Origin: a bacterium | GTDB taxonomy: Bacteria; Bacteroidota; Ignavibacteria; UBA10030 | DNA: 64,000 bases | Direction: 5' to 3' | NCBI GenBank assembly: GCA_043803945.1 | Contig: JAZDJN010000016.1 | Location: 1 to 64,000, forward strand | In this document: piece after piece, positions 20,903 through 29,020 of the stretch | Numbering within the stretch: position 1 is the first letter of the stretch | Layout: the number at the start of each line of letters is the position of its first letter | Program-made: the position numbers and the translations under genes | The notes under the pieces: generated by a model | The model's input: only the letters and a program-made list of their open reading frames with translations | The model's database searches: none | Told to the model about the DNA's origin: nothing

Positions 20903-22036
20903 TTATTTCCCCCCAAATGCCTCCAACTGCTTCTCCCCGTCACTTCCTGGAATCGACCGAACCGCTGTGAATTTATCCCTCAAACTACTCAGTTGCTTAT
21001 CAGCTTTATCATAGTTGTTCTTTGCATTGTTTAACTGACCGCCAAGCGTTTCGAACACATCGCTGAATTTCTGAAGCTCCGACCCGAGCCGATCGAGTTG
21101 CTGAATTATCTCTTTAGCGCTGCGCTCAATCTGCATCCCCTTCAATCCCATCACAATAACATTGAGGTAGGCATAGAAACTATTCGGCGAAACCGGAATG
21201 ACGTGGCGTTTCGCAGCATACGCCTGGAGTCCGTCTTCCTCGGCAAACGACTCATCCTTGATGATGGTCTCATAGAATATATTTTCAGCCGGAATATACA
21301 TCAAGGCAAAGTTAAAAGTTCCTTCATCCGTGAGGATATACTTATCGGCGATAGCATCGATATGTTTTTTTACATCGGTTCTGAAAAGTCTCGTCGCGGT
21401 TTTCTTTTCCTGCTCCGACTTTGCTTCGAGCATCTTTTGAAAGTTCTCCAGTGGAAATTTTGAATCTACGGGAACGATTCCACCCGACATCCGGATGATG
21501 GCGTCAACAACATGCCCGGATTTGAACCGGTATTGAATACCGTACGCACTGGCTGACAATACTTGTTTTAATAAATCTTCCAGGAGCAGTTCGCCAAGCC
21601 CACCCCGCAGCTTTGGCGCCTTCAGCATCTCTTCAAGCTTTGAAACACTTTGCCCCAGTTCCTTGATCTCCTGGGTCGCTTTTCCCAGTTCGCCGAGCTT
21701 GTTCTGAACATCCTGAATAACCTTTGCAGCAGTATCGAGCCTTGAGCCAACCTGACCCGTATTGTTCTGGAGTTGCTGTGTCACACTCGACAACTGGCTG
21801 GTCACAATTGTCAGTTGCTGATTTACTGTCTGGGTTGTAGCATCGAGACGCTGGTTGAGCTGGGTTGTTGTTCCCTGTAAACTCTCCCGAACTTCGTTTC
21901 GAATTGATTCAACTTGTTGTTGAAAGAGTAACGCAGACTGGCCACTATCGTCACCCCGTTTTGAATAGAGTCGATAGGTAATGGCCACGAGGAGTACGAA
22001 CGAGACCAGCGCGGCCAGTGTTATGAGAGGATCCAT
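20903..22036 (-). CDS. rmuC: DNA recombination protein RmuC
   Basis: N-terminal TM, coiled coil, RGGLGE..LE, VDSKFP, FALMYIPAE, VSP. Confidence 0.92.
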   Translation of the reverse strand: MDPLITLAALVSFVLLVAITYRLYSKRGDDSGQSALLFQQQVESIRNEVRESLQGTTTQLNQRLDATTQTVNQQLTIVTSQLSSVTQQLQNNTGQVGSRLDTAAKVIQDVQNKLGELGKATQEIKELGQSVSKLEEMLKAPKLRGGLGELLLEDLLKQVLSASAYGIQYRFKSGHVVDAIIRMSGGIVPVDSKFPLENFQKMLEAKSEQEKKTATRLFRTDVKKHIDAIADKYILTDEGTFNFALMYIPAENIFYETIIKDESFAEEDGLQAYAAKRHVIPVSPNSFYAYLNVIVMGLKGMQIERSAKEIIQQLDRLGSELQKFSDVFETLGGQLNNAKNNYDKADKQLSSLRDKFTAVRSIPGSDGEKQLEAFGGK

Positions 22037-22051
22037 ATGCTATTCATTTCC

Positions 22052-23197
22052 TTATCTGATAAAAAAGAATAATAACACCCCTGCACAGAGCAGTGAGAAA
22101 CCAAGTCGTGCTACGGAAGGTCGAGATTGTTTCAGCTTTCCCCAGAGCTTCGCTGCGAGGATGATTATGAGAATAAGTCCGATAGTTGCAATGGTGCATT
22201 CAGCGATACTAAGTTTCTGCCCATAATAAAAAGCGAGGCTATGACCGTCCCAGAAGCGTCCATAAATAATAAGCAGGTGGGCTGCATAGGCCTGAAGGGA
22301 CTCGCGGCTCACATCGAGGATAAAAGACTTTTCGGTTTTCTGTTTCTCAGCATACCACCATCAGATCCATAGCAACAGCAGGACCACACCGAGACGTTCG
22401 ATAAAAAAGAATGGATCGTATCTGATATTGAGAGAGGCAAAGGGGATCGTAATTGAAAACCACCGTAATGCCCCTCCACCAAGAATAAAGATGAAACCAA
22501 AAATAAGAAGATTTTTGAAATAGCCATCAACCCTTTTTGTACGTCTCGCTTCACCAAAGAGAGTGGCGGCAAATCCTCCAGCGAGCATAAATGCCATCCA
22601 TGGGAAGACAGGAAAAATTGAATAGTGGAGGCCATTCAGATAAGCAGCCATCGATGGATGGAGATATCGGAGAAAGTCAATATCACCCAGAAACGGGGCG
22701 AGGATAATAATTCCAATTCCGCCAAACAGCAGAAAGTTCTGGTACAGCCGATCGCTTCTTATCCATAACCGCAGAATAAAAAGGATCAGAAGCCCAAGTG
22801 CAATACAGTGCAAAACATCCGATTGATAGAATTTGAGCCAGCCGATTTCGTCGGTCTGCGTAAACATTGTTCGGAACGAGAACGTCGGAAGATGAAGGAA
22901 ATATCCCACCACCCAAATCAATCCAATGCGACCGAGCTGTTTCCAGAATGCAGTGCCGTACGTACGGAATGATTCTAGCTTTTTCTGGCTTGCGAGAATG
23001 AAGACGAAGCCGGAAATGAAAATGAAACTTGGCGCAACAAGCCCATTGATATAGTTGAGCACTGTGAACCAGCCAGCCGATTTTAGTTCAGGGAGGATGA
23101 CGGCATTGAAGACATGCACTTCGATCATCACCAACACAGCCCAACCCCTTAGCAGATCGAGGAATGCAAGACGGCTTTTTACTTTCTCACCCGACAT
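22052..23197 (-). pseudogene. DUF1624/HGSNAT-like membrane acyltransferase interrupted by a single in-frame TGA (22361-22363)
   Basis: RLAFLDLLRGWAVLVMIEVH, APSFIFISG, DVLHCI, FPVFPW. After ...TGG ATC TGA the same frame continues WWYAEKQKTEKSFILDVSRESL... into ORF 22052-22312. Confidence 0.8.
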
Positions 23198-23224
23198 CCA
23201 GGCTCTCTCCTTACTTAATGCATG

Positions 23225-24436
23225 CTATCGTAGAATTCCAAGTTTTCGGCCGACTTTATTGAACGCCTCGACAGCTTTATCAATATGTTCTTTTTCGTGC
23301 GCTGCCGATAATTGTACCCGTATCCTTGCTGCACCGCGCGGCACTACCGGATAGAAAAATCCAGTGACATAAATACCTTCCTGATACAGGTCACGGGCCA
23401 TAGCCTGTGTCAGTGCCGCATCGTGAATCATGATGGGCACAATTGGATGAAATCCCTCCTTGATTTCAAATCCTGCTTCCTTAATCCGTCGCCTGAAATA
23501 TTGTGCATTCCATTCGAGTTTATCACGGAGACTCGTCGATTGTTCAAGCAGCTCGATTGCCTTGATTGTCGCAGCGACAACGACAGGACTCATCGTATTA
23601 GAGAACAAATATGGCCGCGAACGCTGCCTGAGAAGGTCGATGAATATTTTCTGGCCGGCAATCGCCCCGCCAGAAGAGCCTCCCAATGCCTTCCCGAATG
23701 TTGTCGTGATAATATCGACACGATCCATCACATCAAAATGTTCGTGTGTGCCGCGTCCTGTTTTGCCGATAAAACCGGTGGAATGCGATTCATCGACGAG
23801 AAGGATTGCATCATACTCTTCAGCTAGGTTGCAGACCTCATCCAGTTTTGCGAGGTCACCATCCATCGAGAAGACGCCATCCGTGACGATCATTCGGAAG
23901 CGTTTGTTCACGGATTGTTTCAGATGATGTTCGAGGTCTTTCATATCGCCATGTTTATAGCGATGGCGCTCCGCTTTACAAAGTCGAATTCCATCAATAA
24001 TGGAGGCATGGTTCAATTCATCAGAGATGAGAGCATCCTCCTCAGTCAGGAGTGCTTCGAACACACCGCCATTCGCATCGAAACAGGACGAGTAGAGAAT
24101 CGCATCCTCCAAACCGAGGAAGGAGGATATTTTTCTCTCAAGCTCCTTATGCTGATCTTGTGTACCGCAGATAAAACGGACAGAGGACATACCGAATCCG
24201 CGCTCCTCTAATCCTTTCTTTGCAGCCTCGATTAACGCCGGATGGCTCGACAGGCCAAGGTAATTATTGGCACAGAAGTTTAACACTTGCTGCACCGGTG
24301 AGTTCACCGGGTACTCGACCGTAATCGTTGCTCCTTGTGATGAGTGAATAATCCGTTCTTCCTTGAATAAATCTGCATATTGTAATTCAACTAATTCTTT
24401 TCGATAAAATTCTTTTACGCGTTCATGAACTGCCAT
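23225..24436 (-). CDS. kbl: Glycine C-acetyltransferase-like alpha-oxoamine synthase (paralog B)
   Basis: [47 protein letters not shown] (PLP Lys), [22 protein letters not shown] before 24436. Confidence 0.92.
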   Translation of the reverse strand: MAVHERVKEFYRKELVELQYADLFKEERIIHSSQGATITVEYPVNSPVQQVLNFCANNYLGLSSHPALIEAAKKGLEERGFGMSSVRFICGTQDQHKELERKISSFLGLEDAILYSSCFDANGGVFEALLTEEDALISDELNHASIIDGIRLCKAERHRYKHGDMKDLEHHLKQSVNKRFRMIVTDGVFSMDGDLAKLDEVCNLAEEYDAILLVDESHSTGFIGKTGRGTHEHFDVMDRVDIITTTFGKALGGSSGGAIAGQKIFIDLLRQRSRPYLFSNTMSPVVVAATIKAIELLEQSTSLRDKLEWNAQYFRRRIKEAGFEIKEGFHPIVPIMIHDAALTQAMARDLYQEGIYVTGFFYPVVPRGAARIRVQLSAAHEKEHIDKAVEAFNKVGRKLGILR

Positions 24437-24472
24437 GGAATAGCACTTCTCCTTTCTCATGATAAAACAGAC

Positions 24473-24733
24473 GTCTGTCTTCTTACAAAGAGCAACCATT
24501 GGTAGAAGACAGACGTCTAATCGATTATTGGAAGATACAACAGTTTTACGATTTATTGAATGGTTATTTTACAGAAGAATGGTGGAATCCTGTGGAAAAA
24601 GTCTGTCTTCTTACTGAGGTTGATCTGAGAAAGAAGACAGACTTTTAGGAGAGAGAGTCCATATCAAAAAGCCTGTCTTCTTCGAGAAGAAGTCTGTCTT
24701 CTTACAGAGAGTCATCGCGATTAGAAGACAGAC
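24473..24733. repeat. REP-like palindromes downstream of RAYT: cores at 24473-24514, 24601-24642, 24692-24733, plus a half copy at 24671-24681
   Basis: Each core is GTCTGTCTTCT-N20-AGAAGACAGAC, with exactly 20 nt between arms. Confidence 0.92.
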
Positions 24734-24748
24734 TTCTACCTATTTCTA

Positions 24749-25316
24749 TCAATCGAAAATCAGCTTCTCCAATTGCTCCCTATATTTCAGTTCATCCTGA
24801 TAGTCCATCACAAACTTCTTATATTCTATCGCTGAATTGAAAAACATTGAATGAACTTCTTTGGAGAACTTCTCTTTTCTCGGATCATTGCTACTCCAAT
24901 CAGAATAATCTGAGAATTTCCAATCCTCTGGCCTGTCAACCATGTGAGCCTTAACAGGATTTAAATGAATATAACGGCAAAGTATGGAGGAGGTGTTCAT
25001 CAGTTTTGATAAGCTTGATCCTGGTTCTTCCTTGAAAAAGATGACCGACCTTTGAATGCCAAGTATTGAAAGACTTGACATATGATGTATTGAAGGATCT
25101 TGAGATGTTCGACAGGTCGCACTCTTTGATAAGTCGAATTATCATGTGATAATGGTTGGGCATTAGACAATAGCAAATAACCGCAACCAACTCTGAATTG
25201 AAATATTTTCCAAGTTTTTCAAGGAAGAAGCGATAATTCTCTTCCTCGAGAAAGATGTTTTGCTTGTTGTTTCCTCTATTGTAGAGATGATAATAGGAGT
25301 TAGTTGGATAGAACAT
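24749..25316 (-). mobile_element. REP-associated tyrosine transposase (RAYT, Y1_Tnp/HUH), frameshifted near 24983
   Basis: YYHLYNRGNNKQNIF, YCLMPNHYH (HUH), GHLFQGR; in the shifted frame LCRYIHLNPVKA...DWKFS. One extra A in CAT-A-CTT-TGC-CGT-TAT splits the gene. Confidence 0.9.
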
Positions 25317-25342
25317 ACCCAATGTCCCTGTATCTATAAGAA

Positions 25343-25447
25343 GTCTGTCTTCTTACGGAGAGTAATCTCGGTTAGAAGACAGACTTCCAGGATTCTCAAG
25401 AAAAAGTCTGTCTTCTTACTGAGGTTAACCGCGATTAGAAGACAGAC
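25343..25447. repeat. REP-like palindromes upstream of RAYT: cores at 25343-25384 and 25406-25447
   Basis: Same GTCTGTCTTCT-N20-AGAAGACAGAC unit, in the same orientation. Confidence 0.92.
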
Positions 25448-25459
25448 TTTTAACTATCC

Positions 25460-26707
25460 TTACATACCGTACATCGCGATAATTTCGTCTTTTTTCTTCC
25501 CAAGGATTTTATACTTCTCACCCACCTTGGTAAAGGCTTCTACAGCTTTGTCCAGATGTTCCTTCTCATGATCAGCAGAGATTTGGGTACGAATTCTTGC
25601 CTGACCTTGCGGTACAACCGGGAAGAAAAAGCCGACGACATAGATTCCTTCTGCGTATAACTCTCTTGCAATATCCTGAGCGAGTTTTGCGTTGTAGAGC
25701 ATCACAGGAACAATGGGGCTTTCCCCCTTCTTGATATCGAGGCCGGCTGCAACCATTTTCTCGCGATAATATTTGGTATTCCATTCGAGTTTATCACGCC
25801 GTTCAGTCGATTTCGAGAGAATGTCGAGGATTGTGATTGCCGCCTGAATCACGACGGGTGGTACAGCATTCGAAAACAGATACGGGCGGGCACGCTGCCG
25901 GCACATTTCAATAATCTCTTTTTTTCCGCTGACACACCCGCCTGCCGCTCCACCGAGTGCCTTGCCGAGTGTTGTGGTGATAACATCGATCTTGTCAATC
26001 ACTCCGCAATGCTCGTGCGTTCCTTTCCCACGTACTCCGATGAAGCCAGTCGCATGAGAATCATCCACCATCACCATGGCATCGTACTTCTCTGCCAGTT
26101 CACAGATTTTATCAAGCTTCACGATATCCCCGTCCATCGAGAACACACCATCGGTGATAATCAATCTGAAGCGGCAATGTTGTGTCTCCTGAAGTTTCTC
26201 CTCGAGGTGAGCCATATCGGAATGTTTAAAATTATAGAGCTGCGCTTTTGCAAGACGCATGCCATCCACAATGGATGCATGGACGAGACGGTCTGCTATC
26301 ATCGCATCATCCTTGTCGAGCATCACTTCGAAGAGAGCCGCATTTGCTTCCATACAAGAGGGGAAGAGCAAGGTATCTTCCATTTCTAGGAATTCCGAAA
26401 GTTTCTTCTCCAACTCTCTATGGATATCCTGCGTCCCGCAGATGAAGCGAACGGAGGACATACCGTAGCCCCGTTCGTCCAATCCTCTATGTGCTGCGGC
26501 GATAACATCAGGATGACTGGAGAGCCCAAGATAATTATTTGCACAGAAGTTCAGTACCGTTTTTATCGGAGCTCCCGGGGGATATTCCACCATGATGGAA
26601 GCTGCTTGAGGTGACTTAATGGAACGCTCCTCTTTAAATAATCCTGCCCCTCTTATGCTTGAAAGCTCGGTCTGATAGTGCTCCATCGCCTTGATACTAT
26701 ATGCCAT
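25460..26707 (-). CDS. kbl: Glycine C-acetyltransferase-like alpha-oxoamine synthase (paralog A)
   Basis: [69 protein letters not shown]. Confidence 0.92.
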   Translation of the reverse strand: MAYSIKAMEHYQTELSSIRGAGLFKEERSIKSPQAASIMVEYPPGAPIKTVLNFCANNYLGLSSHPDVIAAAHRGLDERGYGMSSVRFICGTQDIHRELEKKLSEFLEMEDTLLFPSCMEANAALFEVMLDKDDAMIADRLVHASIVDGMRLAKAQLYNFKHSDMAHLEEKLQETQHCRFRLIITDGVFSMDGDIVKLDKICELAEKYDAMVMVDDSHATGFIGVRGKGTHEHCGVIDKIDVITTTLGKALGGAAGGCVSGKKEIIEMCRQRARPYLFSNAVPPVVIQAAITILDILSKSTERRDKLEWNTKYYREKMVAAGLDIKKGESPIVPVMLYNAKLAQDIARELYAEGIYVVGFFFPVVPQGQARIRTQISADHEKEHLDKAVEAFTKVGEKYKILGKKKDEIIAMYGM

Positions 26708-26717
26708 AAGGCCTCCA

Positions 26718-26972
26718 TTAGACTGTCGTAAATTCTTTGAGCATGATGAGAATATTATTCACAGAGTCGAATGCTTCAGGCGAAGCCTTCTCATCCGGGA
26801 TTTTAATTTGGAATTTCTTCTCCAGAAACATCTTCAGGGAGACCATCGAAAACGAATCCACAATGCCGCCGGATATCAGTTTTGTCTCAGCCGTGATCTC
26901 TTGATCATTATCCTCATCGAGATATTCTTTCTTGATATAGTCGACGATCATCTGTTTAATAGCTTCAGACAT
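26718..26972 (-). CDS. Stand-alone acyl carrier protein
   Basis: 84 aa, acidic, L...GIVDSFSMV.L..FLEKKFQIKI phosphopantetheine Ser motif (DltC-like fold). GGAGG RBS. Confidence 0.9.
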   Translation of the reverse strand: MSEAIKQMIVDYIKKEYLDEDNDQEITAETKLISGGIVDSFSMVSLKMFLEKKFQIKIPDEKASPEAFDSVNNILIMLKEFTTV

Positions 26973-27078
26973 GGTACCTCCAGTTGATTAGATATGAAAC
27001 CAATCATGATTTAGCTGCTCACGTTGCACAAGGAAAAAAGAACATCTATTCATACTACTTTTACCTAAGCGAATCCAA

Positions 27079-27138
27079 ACCACCCCTTCCTCCCCTCCCT
27101 GCCTGCGGCAGGCAGGCTTGCCAAGGGATATGGGGAGG
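27079..27138. repeat. GC-rich nested palindromic element
   Basis: CCTGCCTGC-G-GCAGGCAGG (27098-27116) embedded in CCTCCCC...CTTGCCAAGG...GGGGAGG. Confidence 0.6.
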
Positions 27139-27195
27139 TAAAAAACAGGATTTCAGATTTTTATCATTGAGGTTATTCTAACTGCATAACTTCAG

Positions 27196-28896
27196 TTAGT
27201 CATTCTCGAGGGTTGAGATATCGCCGATTTCTTCTCCCCACTCTTTGGCACGGAGCAGCCGGCGCATGATTTTCCCGCTGCGGGTCTTCGGCAGGGAATC
27301 GACAAACTCGATCTCCTGCGGCATAGCCAGCGGTGAAAGCTTCTTGCGTATAAAGTTCATGATCTCCATACTGAGATCGTCGCTCTTCTTGTTGCCGGGT
27401 TTCAGAGCGATGAACGCTTTCACAACTTCCATATTAATCGTATCAGGTTTACCAACGGCTGCCGATTCAGCAACAGCGGGATGCTCAAGGAGGGCCGATT
27501 CGATCTCAAACGGCCCTACAAGATGCCCTGCAGTATTGATGACATCATCATCCCGGCCAACGAACCAGTAATATCCATCGGCATCTATACTCGATCGGTC
27601 GCCGCAGATATACCATCCGTTTTTGAATTTGTTATCATACGCTTCCTTATTATTCCAATACATTCTCATCATCGATGGCCAGCCAGGCCGCAAACCAATG
27701 AGTCCGACGGTTCCAACTGCGGTAATCGGTTCATATGTTTTGGGATTAACAACTGCGGCGATGATTCCCGGAAATGGTTTTCCCATCGAACCGGGTTTGA
27801 CTTTCATTCCAGGGTAGTTTGAAATTACCATGGAACCCGTTTCGGTTTGCCAGAATGTATCGAGGAAAGGTTTGCCAAAAGCCTTCTCAGACCAGATCAC
27901 AGCCTCGGCATTCAGCGGTTCACCGACGCTGGCGAGGTGCCGCAGCGAGGCCAGGTTGAATTTATTCACCGGCTCCATTCCCTCTCTCATCAGCAATCTG
28001 ATTGCGGTCGGAGCTGAATACCATACGCTGATCTTATGCTTTTCAATGAAGGAGTACCACATCTGCGCACTGAATCCGGCATCGAGAACGGTTTGGGTGA
28101 CGCCGTTCGCCCAGGGTCCAATAATACCGTATGATGTTCCCGTAACCCATCCCGGGTCTGCTGTACACCAGTAGATATCCTCAGCTTTAAGATCGAGAAC
28201 CCATTTCGTTGTGATGTACTGCGCAATGATCGAGGAATGAACGTGTTGAGCACCTTTTGGCTTTCCGGTTGTCCCTGAAGTATAGTGAAGTACCGAGGGA
28301 GTTTCAGGCCCGACCGGATAGATCGGAAAGTGTTCAAGCCGGCCCTGCTGAACCATATCGAAGGCAATCTCATCCTTCTCGAGGATTTTCGTACCGGCAT
28401 CGAGAACAATGATCTGTTTCAATTCAGGCAACTGAGCCTGAATCCTGCGCACTTTACCGAGATGCTTTTTCACCGTCAGCACCGCTTTCGTTTTCGCATC
28501 ATCCAGACGGGTGAAGAGCGCCTCTTCACCAAATGCCGAGAATAGTGGTTGAACGATTCCTCCCATTTTCAGAATGCCGAGAAAGGAGATATAGAGTTCT
28601 GGGATGCGGTCCATAAAAACACAAATGCGATCTCCTGGTTGAAGACCGCATTCATGAAGCATTCGGGCGAAGCCATTGCTGTACATCCTGATGTCATTGT
28701 AGGAATACTTTCGGATTTCCCCAGTGAATCCTTCCCAAATCAGAGCAAGTTTTTCACCGTGGCCCTGTTCGCAGATTCGATCGCTGCAAAAGTAACCGAT
28801 GTTGTACTGGCCTTCCTTTCCAAAGCCGAGTTCCTCCTCTGAGAGTTTCCATTTAAAATCCTTATACCGTTCTTCATAGGAACCGATATTGCTCAT
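27196..28896 (-). CDS. acsA: AMP-forming acetate--CoA/ACP ligase (Bacillus AcsA-like)
   Basis: YTSGTTGKPKG, WCTADPGWVTG, SVGEPLN, DTFWQTETG, GRDDDVI, PKTRSGKIMRR. AGGAG RBS. Confidence 0.9.
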   Translation of the reverse strand: MSNIGSYEERYKDFKWKLSEEELGFGKEGQYNIGYFCSDRICEQGHGEKLALIWEGFTGEIRKYSYNDIRMYSNGFARMLHECGLQPGDRICVFMDRIPELYISFLGILKMGGIVQPLFSAFGEEALFTRLDDAKTKAVLTVKKHLGKVRRIQAQLPELKQIIVLDAGTKILEKDEIAFDMVQQGRLEHFPIYPVGPETPSVLHYTSGTTGKPKGAQHVHSSIIAQYITTKWVLDLKAEDIYWCTADPGWVTGTSYGIIGPWANGVTQTVLDAGFSAQMWYSFIEKHKISVWYSAPTAIRLLMREGMEPVNKFNLASLRHLASVGEPLNAEAVIWSEKAFGKPFLDTFWQTETGSMVISNYPGMKVKPGSMGKPFPGIIAAVVNPKTYEPITAVGTVGLIGLRPGWPSMMRMYWNNKEAYDNKFKNGWYICGDRSSIDADGYYWFVGRDDDVINTAGHLVGPFEIESALLEHPAVAESAAVGKPDTINMEVVKAFIALKPGNKKSDDLSMEIMNFIRKKLSPLAMPQEIEFVDSLPKTRSGKIMRRLLRAKEWGEEIGDISTLEND

Positions 28897-29020
28897 GCAC
28901 GAGTCTCCTTTGTTGATAGGGAATAATAATTGCCCCGCCTCTATCCTTCGAGCACCGAGAAATCTAAAACGAATTCTATCGAGGAACTCTCTCGATCTCC
29001 TTCGATAAGATAAACATGGT

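Noticed and set aside
22361-22363. Alternative genetic code (TGA as Trp/Gly)
   Set aside because: Many conserved genes in the window end at TGA at their expected C-termini.
24473-25447. Repeats as a CRISPR array
   Set aside because: Units are inverted-arm palindromes with related 20-nt loops and irregular spacing. They flank a Y1 transposase, and there are no cas genes.
23225-28896. Sphingolipid (SPT) or biotin (BioF) cluster
   Set aside because: Both synthases carry Kbl-specific motifs ([16 protein letters not shown]), the ligase is Acs-like rather than long-chain, and no bio genes are adjacent.
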